Part shown: piece by piece, positions 51,656 to 64,000 of the stretch
How the letters are laid out: every line of letters starts with the position of its first letter
Position numbering within the stretch: the first letter of the stretch is position 1
DNA from: Fimbriosthenelais zetlandica
Lineage: Eukaryota
Length of the DNA stretch: 64,000 nt
NCBI GenBank assembly: GCA_977030845.1
Contig: OZ365118.1
Span: forward strand, 16,740,001 to 16,804,000
Direction: 5' to 3'
Position numbers and translations under genes: made by a program
The notes under the pieces: generated by a model
What the model saw: the letters and a program-made list of their open reading frames with translations, nothing else
What the model was told of the DNA's origin: nothing
Databases searched by the model: none

Positions 51656-54600
51656 GGAGCAAACTGCCAGTCAAACCAAGCTTTCTCCTTTTAAACTGCA
51701 TTAATTACATCTAAATCTGATGCCTGCCATTCTTTGTTCACACACTGCTTGGATCTTTTCCCCCTTGCTCCCCCATGCTCTCAGCTCCCACAGCTCGATA
51801 CCTTGAAGCCCACATTGCAGGAGATCATCAATAAAGTGGCATCCCTTGTGGCTTCTCACTTAGTAGCTGGGGAACATGATATTGGCAGGCAGGCAGGTGT
51901 GGGATGACTTGATGTAGAGCTGGTGGTGGTGGTGCGAGAGAAGGCAAGTCTGACAGGATATAGTGCAAATGGAGAAGAGTGGCAAGGATAGGAAGAGACA
52001 GATAATAGATAGAGCCTGAGAAAGACTCGCTAGTCTTCTGCCAGAGACAGGCAGTTGTAACTCCCGTGATTTTCACCCTTCACTGGACATTAAACTCGAC
52101 ATTTTATATTATCATATGGCTTCTCAATATCCTTCAGTCACCTATATCATTGCTATTGAAGTGAAAATATTCTTCTATTCGAACCTATAGCATTGCTATA
52201 CGGTTAAAGTAGATTCTGCTATTCAAATACTAACGCAATGCAAGGACTTTTAGCCATCGATTATTCACCACAATTTATTCTTTCTGTGTCATATCTGCAC
52301 GTGTTACATTCAATAATATTCTCCTGAATATTGTTAATATTTTATATTACTTTCCCTGTGGTGCCATATAAACCAGTACCGGCTCTCATGTACCTCGTAC
52401 AAGGGTAAATGCTGGAGAGGGAACTCTCAACCATTCTGAACATGTAACTGTAAAAGCCAGGAACAATTGGTGGTGAAAGCTTTGAGATAAGCTGGGTGAC
52501 AGAGGAGGTTATAGGGGTCATCTCTCTCACTGAGGTGAAAGAAAGGAGAAAAGACCAGAGTGGCTTTGTGGGGAGAAGAGTAAATAGTCACAATGATTGA
52601 TCTGAGAAACACATCTGACTATTGGCTACTTTCAGTCCCTGCCTCTTCATCATCTCACGAGAGGAGAATAGTCTGTCATCCAGAGATTAAAGAAACGCGA
52701 TTGAAGACCAAATATATAAGAGAAGAAGTGTCCTTTCCCGCCACCCTTCAAACCATTTTTAAAAATCTATTTTTCACTTCATTATTCATCATGGACAGTT
52801 AAGGAACTTTTGAGGTCCAGTGAACTGGTTGTCCAACAGATAAATTTCCCCATTCTTTCCTTATATTTTTTGTCGTATATTCTAAAAAATCAGTTTAAAT
52901 GAATTGAGAAAATGTCTCACAACGAAGCCATCGTTTACTGTCATATCTTGTAACTCCCATTGATATTTTGATAATTTTGGGAACAATTTCTATGATCCAG
53001 GATTTTTCGTCAAACCATTGTTCACCAAAGATACATTTCAGTAATTAGAAATATTGCCCAGGTGCCCTTAATTGAGACAAATTCCCCTGATCTTTTGTCT
53101 TTGTCTAGACAGATATTAATACAGCACTAAATGTATGTCATTGTTATATATCATCGTCTACCCCAGGGGTGTGATTATTACATTGATAGCAATATGTCCA
53201 TAATATAGCCCCTCATGCCTACCACTCATGTATGGTGAACGATGGAGGTAATTATCTGAATTATGAATCACGTCAGATTAGACAGACATTGCTGTGTGAT
53301 CAGATGAGGCATAGCGACCCACATGGCCCATCATTTAGACTCTATAATTACGTACTGAGCTAGAATATATACATGTATCTATAGATATATAGGGGCCACA
53401 TCTATTGCCGTATTTATCCTCTGTTATCATACAAATATATTATCATCATACCTAGCAGAATATGATAGAAAATATTATATATTCTCATTAAATCCTTTCA
53501 TGATGACATGAATATGAGATAGTTCTCATGTATTTTATTGATTTAGGAGATAGTATTCTATTGGGATTGTCTTTATAAATCCTTTCCTCCGCTCTTTAAG
53601 GTACAGCTCAATTCCCTTTACATCCTGGCGGAATAGGCCACTCCTTCACGAGCCCCCAGGACTCTATAGTCATTTCGGATCCCATGCTAAACTTAGTATT
53701 GATTGAAGTAAAGAGATCCCGAGTCAAGAATTCACAGCCCGTTGAGTCGGGCTCTGGGCCTGTGAAGCATTGCGTGTTAGCGGACATTGTAGCTTGTTCA
53801 AAGCATGTCGGCTCAGCCTGGTATTGCTGGCCCGCAGGCTTTTGATTCAGTCCACACTGTTTATTGAATGGGATGTCCTTTTCACATTGACAGACCACCT
53901 GGGATCCGCTGTGTTGGTATGGCACTCAAAAACATTACTTATTGGCAGAATGGTATGGGTTTTTGTCAGTCCCACCTTATTTCTGTGACACATCTGCCAT
54001 CCCTGGAATATGTATGAAATATTGCATTAGTCTGGATGCTCTGTGCAAGTATCGTATCATATATATAAATCCATTGCTTATTTAATGCCTGGTGGATTGC
54101 TTTGAAGTATGATCATTGGTTTTGATACATGTAAATGCGTGTTCTTATAATGAATACAGTCAATGATAAATGTTAGCCCTGGAGGCAGTGCTACATCTCC
54201 TTCATGTACGAACACTAATCCCCTAATATATATCCCGGATAAAGGTGTTAAGCTCTCCACATCCCCGGACCCCTTTTATGTTGGCTTACCCCATGTATCA
54301 TGTTAGCTTAATAATAGCTTTTAAAGGTAAACTCCATGCTTTAGGACATACCAATTTTCCGCCCGCCGAAGCCATATAGAGGAAAGCCACTGTTGAGCCA
54401 TGCTAAAAGCCCTCAACAATTATGTTCCATGTCCATGCTAACAGCGCGCCATTATGGCCCAGTGAAAGCATGCATCTTAAGGGGATACCAATAGTGTAGG
54501 CATTATGTTGCCTGTACATATATGCAGTACAGGGACTATTTAGTGTTGAAGTGGATCATTAATGGGTGTAGTGACTGGGCGGGGAGGCCGGGATACAAGT

Positions 54601-57600
54601 ATCAGCGGTGAACCTGCATACAAATGATATGTTAGCCAACACTATCATATCAGTCTGTATGAATAAATTATTGGACAGGCCATGTGGGAAAGGTCTGTCT
54701 GGGTGGACACCACAACATGTCTATCATTGATTCTTCATTAGTTTTGTCTGTTCCCTATATTGGCTACCCATGCACTGGATATTCAATATACATAATAGTA
54801 CTGTAGTTTTCTGATATTTCTTGTATAGGTCTATTATATAGGGAAGACCTTTCTCAGAAATCCACATGTTTTTTCACTTAAAGACGAAGCCAGACTGGAA
54901 GGAGAAATACCAGATCCCACCCCATTATATATGGCGGCATCCTGTTCCATTTGGTATTCCCTCAGAGGAATGGTGCCGTTTCCAATCCTGATCTGGCCGA
55001 GCAATAATTTAAAAGAAAAAGCTAATGAAAATCTGCCTCCACACCTGCTTCCCACTGATAGGCCTGTAGAGTGGCCGCGTTCCTTTGTTTCTCATGCCAC
55101 AAACTCCCCACATGTTCCCTCATTTTTTTTCTCCACATCAATTTTTGAGTTAAATCAAACACTGATTAGTTAATGTGTACCATAATGGGGAAAGATGTTT
55201 ACCAAGCTTGGAACCGATTCTCATTGAGTACTTTGAATCTGTCACAAGCACTGAGGTCTTAGATACCAAACCTAATGTCCATCGGTATCTGGCACTGCAA
55301 TTCAATGGCAGGTATTACATTATGCCAGTGGATTCCCGAATTATGTTGTGGAGAATTTGGCCCAGAAACAGTGTAGATAGACGGTATGGACAGTTAATTG
55401 ATCATGTGGATATTATGCCCTCAATCTGGGAAAAAATACCAGCCATGGATCCCGCTCACGAGATGGGAAGCATCCGTGTGTGGGGAAGTCTAGGACATGA
55501 AACGGCTGGGCTATATTGACCATGGCGTCTGGGAGTTAGATGCCCCGACTGGTACAGGTACTAGACAAAAGCTGTTTAGATCAATCCGCCTACCCCTGTG
55601 ATCATTCCTAACGCTCCTGTCAGCATCGAATGGTCGTACACGTTATGCCTTAGTAACATTGATGCTGGCTTGGACCCTCCTCCTGGAAGCCAACATCTAA
55701 AGCCTTTGAGTGTCCTCCCAGTACACTGTTTTTCCACAAATCAGTTCATTTACCCACAAGCCCTGGTCTGGCAACAACAAAAATGAACATTGAACAGACT
55801 CCCATTGCCAAACATCAGAAGCCAGATCCGGTACTTGGATCCTTCCCAAGAAATATAATAGATGAAGCCTGTCTCCTCTCATCAGTGGCTGTGGATTATT
55901 TATAAACTGATTCCCACTAGCGATGCTGATACAAGTTAAAGAAAATCTGATCCGACCAGGTCATTCATATATAACTGCCAACCCACCAAACCCACCATGA
56001 AGCATTGAATTCCCCACCTCCCACCTGAACGGGTGGTGGGGGTGCTGGCCCCAGGAACCCATAAAACCACCCCCAACAAGCCATCAGGCGCTATTTCCCA
56101 GACAAGACCTGAATCCTTGCAATCATTTTCTACATGCCTTGATGTATGTGAGGCGGCCTCTGGAGGGGCCGTTTATAACCAGTGGCAATAAGATCACCCG
56201 TGGATATCTTGATCATGACAGGGCTCCAGGCATATATCACACCACTAACCCATACCGAGCCGTGCAAGTAAGTGTCAAAAATAATCACACCAACAATTTA
56301 CAGACCTCTCCTGGGTGCCCCTGAAACCGCCACCGACACTGGCGACGGCGACGTGAGCTCCGGAAGTGAGGGCCAGTAAAAAAACAAGACGAGAGAAATT
56401 CTCCACACCAGAGCTCTATTATGATTGGCTGAGATGGGCCAGGGCAAGATGGCTTTTTTCGGGGGTCGCTTTTGGAGCGGTTGCCTTGAACGATGGATTT
56501 GTGGATATTGGAAATGACAATGTATGAGTGGGATGCAGGGCTAGATATTGCTAACTGTGCACCACTTGTAGTGTGATTCTAAAAAGCCCGGCTATGTTTT
56601 GTTGGTTTCGCATTTGCATATAGAGTAGCTCTTGGCACAGAGGAGTGAGGTTTGCTGAGGAGAAGAGCAGCTGGAAAAAGAAGGCCATGAGGTCATAACT
56701 CATCATATAACCAGAGATTATTCCGGTATTGAATGACCAAATTGCTTCATTGTTTTCTCGCTGTTTGGCTATGTGCTGGCTAAATACCAGATCTCCAACC
56801 AGTGCCAAGGTCGTGTTGGCATGAATATAGATTGCTATGCATTTGCATCACAGTCGGATAATTGAAGTCCATTTCAAATATAGCCCAAAGCCCTTCCACA
56901 TACTTCCCTGCTATCTCAACCTTGAATCTATGCCCTGAGAGCATGGACCCGTGGCCTCACGGTCCTGCCCTTACATGGCCTTAATCTCTCGGGTGCTGAT
57001 TTACCCATGCACATAAAACAAATAGGCTAATACATTTGAGACAATATAAGTCCAGCGCATGTGATTTATATAGCCTGAGCATGACCTTCTACAGCAGGGA
57101 GGTGTGGAGTGTTAAAAGGATTGTAACACACCCCCAGCACTGTGGGAGGTCGCTGTCCTTACATCCGACCAATCAATGAAAAACACAGGCCTTCACCATT
57201 GGCAGGATGATTGCTTCATGGGGTAGGGAACAATGGTCCTTTCTCCGGCCCGTAGGGTCTCATTGGTCTCCTCATTAGCCTTCTCTGTGCCTGTGTGGCC
57301 CGGGGGGCAAGGACAGGCTCTACCCTTGCCCCGATCCCCTGGTAAGCAGCAATGAATGACCAGGGATGATCCCGCTTTTTCCTCCTCACAGGAGCTCGCC
57401 ATTGCTCTGAATGCTAAAGGACGTACGCTGACACCCACTGGCGGTAATAGTCGCGACCCCTGGAGCAACCGCGAGCAAATCATCCCGACCATTATAAACA
57501 AAAATACCAGAGGGATCAATGAGCCACTCGGGAGGTGATCCCCTCTGCTCAGGCTTGATAATCCCTACCACTGGTCTCAACCAGAGCTTGATCCAATTAG

Positions 57601-60600
57601 TAGCAGTAACGGTCATTCCACCCCTCCCACATACAGCCACCCACCGCGGTATACCTTTGATGACTTGTCTGGTGAAGCTACTAATGGTCAGAGTTTTCTC
57701 TAACTTGTTTTTGTCGCATATCTCTACCTTCATTCCAACCCCGCCCTCAGTCTCTCCCTATATTGCTGCTCATTGTCTGCAGTCCTAGTTGAAATTCAGC
57801 ACATTAGACTCAATTGGAAAGTTTGAGCCCAGCTGAAGTTTCAAGAATGAAGTATTTTTTTAATGGAATATTGCGTCTGTGTCGCTGCAGAGAGATCCAG
57901 TAGAGAAAATCATCAATCTATATGATATATGCACTATTTGTATGAAGTCTGATAGATTTATTCAAGTATTTCACAAGGACTATAATTTTATTGACTAATT
58001 CTGGATCTTTATTTAAGCTTTTGAAGTGTCATTTAAATCTAAATCGGTTTAGAAACTGATGTCTGTAAAGTTGACCAAATATCTATAGTGGAATCCAGTG
58101 ACAAACATAAGTAAGTTGAAATAGAGAGAATTTACACGACTGTCTTTGGTGGTGAGAAAGCTCATGTAGATTGGTTGGATTTACAACTGTGGGCTTGATG
58201 CGCATCCAAAGCGAGATGGAATATATATTTAGATGCAATAGGCGTTCACCATCTTGTGCTATAGGTCTTACCAGGGCTGAAGGTAAAGCTATATTCCTTC
58301 AGAGCCCAAGGATCAAGGTACATCAATTAGAAAAGTCGAGTAAACCTGGTCGGATCTGGAGGATATTGGGTGGATATGCCCGCGCCTGCCATGACGGATA
58401 GGCGCACGGGAAATATTAAAACATTCTCCCGGCTGTGATAAAAATAGTGTCAGCTTTAGTATTGATGAGAAACTGAAGGAGCAGCCTCTTCCTGGCCCGG
58501 CTCAGCACCCATTAAGTCCCCTCTCCTCATCCTACTCTTCTTTCTTCGAAAAAGAGATGAAATTTAAATTGTGAAGGGGGAATGTAACCAAAGTAGCAGG
58601 CAGCCGCAGGCCTTGACTGGGCCGGGAAGTGTTAAAGGAGCCTTGACTGAAGATTAAGTCAACATGCTGTATGAACTCTTCAGTCACGTCTGTTTGAATT
58701 TTAGACATCCATTCCACAAATATGAATAATTTCAATAAGCCAGATGAACCTTCATGAAAAATGGTATGCACGATTTGATGTACTAATAAGGAGAATTATC
58801 ATGATTTCCACACTGCCAATACAGACTACAGGGGAGTCCTGTTAGATTTATATGACTGTATGGATTAAAGTATTCAGCTCTCTAAATTCAGATATAGAAC
58901 ATCCAATACAGGTCTGCCCTGTAAAATCTGCAGCCAGATCTCCACAGCATGATTCAGAGCTGGATTCGGTATCCTCAGTCCCTCATGCACTGGAGGATAT
59001 TTAGAGTAGCTTCAGGATTATGTTGTACATAGGAAGAAGTCACTTTCCTTAGTCCTTTGTGTACGGGAGGATTTAGAACACCTTTAGGACTGTTGGGTAT
59101 AGGAATAACCAGTTTTCCCAGTCCATTGTATGCAGGTAGTGTAAACTGTCTGTGATTTGTTGGGGGAAGCGGAAGCAGAATGAAGCTTGGATTGATTTGA
59201 GGCCTCGGGGTAGGAGTGAGTGGATCCCCTTGCTGTGTGCCTTAATATGATAAAGCACCTTGCAGCTTGTAGACGATGTAGTCAGTGCACTGGTGCTTTT
59301 AATCATTTCTTGGCCTCCCCGGGTGCCCCGTGTATTCTCGGCTTGCCCGCTCCACCATTACCCCGGCCCATTTAACCAACAAATGCTTCATTTCTCCCGA
59401 CACTATCTGTCAAATAACTGTCTGTCAAATTTCACACCGCAACTTTCATAAATTCCCCGGGCTACTTCGGTGGTCCATGGCCGAAATTCCAGAATGCGGA
59501 CCGGTGCTTGGAAGGAAAGGGGCATGAGGGAGAGGGGCAGGGTGGTCTGAGGCACATGGATGTTTAAATGCATTAGGTACAAGAATAGATAGAGGTGGGT
59601 GGAGAGGCTGGGAGGGAGGCACCCTCTTTTAATGAGGGTGATGCGATTAAAGGTGATGTTAATGAAAGGGAGCTGGTGATGGTTAGAGTGGTGGGATGGG
59701 CGGGGGTGCTGGTCATAGACCATGTTAACCATTGATGCTATATCTTGGCAACTTGAGGACCCTAGCCTAAAGTCAGTATTGACTGAAAATTATCTGAACC
59801 CAGTACCAATAACTTCTGGATTCAATCTGTGGTTTTAGTATGTTTCTAATAATATTTTATAACAAATTATAACCAATATATCCTATCCAAACTTGTTGTT
59901 GCACATATGCATCAAATGTAAGCTATGGAAATTCTGCACATGTCATGCAATACATCATTAGCTGAAATTTAATAGACATTTATTCCTTGTCTGACAGGAT
60001 GGCATTAAGTTGAAATTCAATAGACTGTTTTGAGAAGAAGGGATGGTATGAGAAAGAAGGGAAATAATCTAATTCCGTAGAACACCCCACCCCACATCGT
60101 CCTCATTTAACGATGTTTATCTCAGGGCCCTATATTACTCACTGACAAAGGAGATGAATAATTTAATCTATAAAGTATCGGCCTTGGATTCCGATGGGCA
60201 GTGCCTTGAGAAAAGGCAGTTGGAACATTTTATCATGGATAGCGTGGTTAAAACGATCTATCATTGCTGGCCACAGAATACAAGTCCATTCATACCAGCT
60301 CTGCCATGTTTCTCCAAGTCTCTTCCCCAGTAAATTATTCACTAATTTTTTATTATATGCCACTGTTACTAGATATAAGCAATTGGAGAGAGCAATCCTA
60401 CTATATAATGATTGATATAGGTGCGGCACAAACATATCTGTTTTTCTAATCATTAATGCCTTTTCATGGTTTGCCAGTAAAGTGAGAGGGTTTATTGGAT
60501 GCAGACAGGTAACTGCTTTTTCCTGTGCAAATTGGGTGAGAAGTAAAGCTTGGATAAATAACATCCAATAGCTGTCTGCTTACTGCAGCTCGAAAATCCT

Positions 60601-63087
60601 TTCCTGCTGGAAACTTAGTTTTCCAGTCAAAGTAAAATGTTGATTTGAGTGAAAATTTATACACTGCAGAAACCTTATATAGCCTTGAAAAATTCTGCCA
60701 TTAATAAGTGTGCCTTGTTATTAATCAAAGGTTGTACATGTATAGTAATTTGAGTTTCCTATCAAGTTTTAATACCAAAGTTTAACGAAACATTTTGCTC
60801 CAGGCAGTAGGAGTAAAATGTCAAAAGTATTGATATTTGAAAGAAAGAATATGAGTAAATCTTATTCTAACTTGTTTATATACTTATAAATACCCTGCGT
60901 CAGAATCTAAAGGATTCAGTTTTGATAATAAAGTTCCCTATATGATGTTGTATTGTAGTCGCTTACATTTGATGAGCTCTGAATCAGGGAGAGGTGTATA
61001 TGATTAGTCTATGTATGAGGGATATACATCTATTACATGCTACCACAGAACTAATTATCAACCATGCTTTCATCACTATAGTGAACCTAGGCCAGGTGGC
61101 AATCTGATCTATATACAATACCTCCATCCATCTTTAATACATTACCTCTACAGGTGGGGGGATAATCCCCCGCTAATCCCCGGGGTATCGGCCATCCTTC
61201 AACACAATCCACGCCGCCGTTTTCAAATGGAAATATTCAAGGCAAACTGCGTTAGTCCTGGCCCGGCTTATTGATGGCCCGTATGTATATGGAAATAAGC
61301 TGGTTTCCCCTCAGTAAAAAAGCCTTTTTATCTGCTGTAAATTGGGTATAAGGACTCCTGAGAGGATGAATAGAGATATGTATGTGGCCTCTCCTCACTT
61401 GGTACAATTCATCATTTGCCTGCTTGTATATCGGATTAACCTACATGCAAGCAATACCACAGCCATTGGCATGCCCTGCAAAAGTAATCTCATGTGGGGC
61501 CCCTAGCCCGCCCAGGGAAAAAGTCCCTTCTCCAAGTGGGAGAGCGCAGCGGACGGTAATCGAATCCCTGAATTCCCTAATCTTCTCCCTTTTGGGATCT
61601 TTTGGCAAGATTGCTGTGAGGGTGTATGGGGGGACTATATGGGAACGTTACAGCGCTGTCCTCAGGGTCTGATAATTCTGGTGGCTGATCAATGCTTTCA
61701 TTTATGACCAATCCTATCATGGCTATACTCTGTGACAACCTGTCTCACTGTTTGATATTTTATCACATACACTGTTCGAGCCATATTTTCTAAAGGCGTG
61801 ATTTGATCTTTTCTCCCTCGACTCCTGTGATGGTTCGAGGGCAGGATTTGATGCCTCATCATAAAATCTTAGGCTTTTGTTCTGAGGATATTTTTTATCT
61901 GATATCAACTTTCGCTCTGTGGGACTAGTTGCTCCATCGTTTAACATTCAGTAATAAGACGACAGTGCTATCTGAGCTGGTCGACGTGGTGTAATATAGT
62001 GACGTTAACCAACCATAAAGTACAATAATTTCGTTCTGTACTGCTCCCAGCTTATAGGCACTTTCAGCATATTTACCTGTTCAAATCTTCCCTCCTTCAG
62101 GCAAGTACTTGCTATTCCAAGCACCTTTAGAGTGGAAGGCTTTGCGATGACATGCAATACTTGAATGTAAACCGCAAAATTGCCTCCACAAATACAAAAA
62201 CCATCCATCGCTCAATCCTCCTAACTCTCCTTTCACCACCACATGTTCTACAGTGGGAACATTTAAAAACAAGAATCGAAGCATAACAAAGGATGGAAGA
62301 TGGTCGACTGAAGTGCATTCACAACAAGTAGGAGGATAGCATACAGCTGCGACCATCTCTGGAAACAAACCCACCAGAACTCAGTGCGGAAAACCAATAA
62401 AGTACATCCATGCTGGCGACCATGGTTTGCTTGAGTGGGGCTAATTTGGTCATCAAAGACAGAGGGTGGAGAATTATAGCCATGGTTTTAGGGGAGGACT
62501 ATATGGCCGGGTGATGGCTTGCTGGTGGGATGTCCAGGCAGGTGGCTTATAAAGAGGACTGTAGGGAGATACCCACCCACTACCTGATCTACCCCCCAGC
62601 CCCTCACAGTTTCATCCCCTCCAGGTGCTTCTTTTTCCACGCGTTCCTTCCGTCTTTAACAAGATTATAATAATTGAATGCAGACAGAACATGAAAAATG
62701 GCCTCCTTCATTGGTCTTCTGGGTGGATTTAATGTGCTTAAACATCAGGCAAAGGGACACGGACGCTGCCACTTGGATCTGGCCTTTTTCTCCCTCTCTC
62801 CACCACGCGCCCACATCGTGTTGTGCCCCGTTCATCTACGCATTGCGATTTTGTCTTCTATGAAAGGATAATTGATTTTCAGTTCAGCCCCTTTATCGCA
62901 ATTCCGTTCCTATTTGAAATCCCGCTTTCCCAATTGAATGTATTTCATGTTAACGAGTTATTAATCTGTGCTAAAGGCTTCGAAAGGAGTAGACATCTTT
63001 TGGTCGCTTTTTAAGATTTTGAAATTAAATTATTCTGAACATTCATTGGAGGGAAAGTAAGACGGACTTATTCTTTTGTCATTGCAG

Positions 63088-63142
63088 GGTATCTGCCTTT
63101 GGGTGGAATGGTGCTATCTCCGATTACAACACTCTGAATCAG
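63088..63142 (+). CDS. Candidate internal exon (55 nt), product unknown
   Basis: Acceptor ttcttttgtcattgcag and donor CAG|GTAAGT. Two frames are open (VSAFGWNGAISDYNTLNQ or GICLWVEWCYLRLQHSES). Confidence 0.45.
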
Positions 63143-63486
63143 GTAAGTGAACATATTCCTACAGTATATATGCACATATTGTGAACATATAGATTTTTAG
63201 ACTAATTTGTAATAATTCCAAGCAGATACAACTTTTTCTATTTTCACTCATATTGCATTCATGACTTCACTTGAAAATGTTTTTGAAGCAAAGCAAACAG
63301 CTGTAGACAGTGGGACTGTGTCCCATGCCAATATGTCCCATGACTGGGCCTAAATATCTTAAGAAAACAACATTGCAATGCTCATCTATAACCGAAAGCA
63401 AAAGTACAATCCGAGATAAGCAATTGCACAGCTTGCGAGGGGGCGGTGAAGTTTTTGTCCTGCTCATTGCAGACATTATAGCTTAC

Positions 63487-63516
63487 CTTAATGGTCGCAA
63501 TGGAACTTTAATTGTT
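63487..63516 (-). CDS. Candidate symmetric 30-nt micro-exon
   Basis: Minus-strand acceptor gttttctcactctcattacag and donor AAG|GTAAGC. Only one frame is open (TIKVPLRPL). Confidence 0.4.
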
Positions 63517-64000
63517 CTGTAATGAGAGTGAGAAAACAATGGAAGGAAGGAAAGAGGAGCAGGAATGATTGCCCGCCTCCAGTTAGTGGGCCTTTATTTG
63601 CTTCATCCTTGGCTCGATTGCCCATGCTCGCCGCCAGGAATGTGACCTATGCCATTTTATTCACTCATTTGTCATGAGTTACATGGGTGGTAGAAGTAGT
63701 AGCATATGCAGGCACTTTTAGTTTCACTTTCATTTCATTCTGGCTCCCATTGGATGAGCACTCTCTGTTCTTCCCATCCCTCCCGGGAAATCACACAAAA
63801 GTTTCTCCATCTTTTTTATATCGGAAAAAATTGGAAAAAAGAATACTTAAAATCAGGAAATGTCATTATTCCATAAAGTGGCTTAGTTTAATTGACATCT
63901 CAGCCCCTACAGGACATTATTAGGCTTAAATGAATGTGTAAGAATGGAAATATATCCAGATAATCATCTTGGAATTTTGAACAATCCTCAGTGAGAAATC

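Noticed and set aside
48690-55320. Penelope-like scraps (KLPVLDLL about 48750 minus; IVIATDKG at 50468 plus; LQFNGRYY about 55300 plus)
   Set aside because: Isolated 8-12 aa resemblances on different strands, kilobases apart; no coherent element.
58265-58282. 18-nt micro-exon (TATAG|...|GTAAAG)
   Set aside because: Splice signals only moderate; such hits are expected by chance in 64 kb.

Overview
This window reads as eukaryotic, essentially non-coding DNA of roughly 40% GC by eye, with low CpG except in a few short islands. I found no ORF longer than 169 aa, no operons, and no recognisable tRNA, rRNA, CRISPR array or intact transposon. I could not name any gene. What the sequence supports: (i) several tandem and spaced repeats, including a 28-bp minisatellite, a 55-bp repeat with non-repetitive spacers, and a spaced GACAC(G)CGACA motif array; (ii) short, heavily decayed non-LTR retrotransposon relics (an APE endonuclease GDFN...EPTH segment, an R4-like FxGD...LYMDDIK segment, and a Rex1/CR1-like RT piece); (iii) isolated exon-like segments with good splice signals on both strands that do not join into a gene I can reconstruct; (iv) clusters of metazoan promoter motifs (YY1, ETS/CRE, NRF1, RFX X-box, CCAAT). 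The densest cluster is at about 29.4-32.6 kb, where the palindrome TAGGCCTA is also concentrated. That style suggests a bilaterian, possibly an echinoderm-like deuterostome; this is inference only. I did not find a convincing new biological system. The best leads are the 29.4-32.6 kb regulatory-looking block, the 12.1-12.5 kb repeat-spacer structure, and the antisense exon pair at 63.1/63.5 kb. The patchwork character also means a synthetic or model-generated origin should be excluded by a database search. All coordinates and counts were made by hand.
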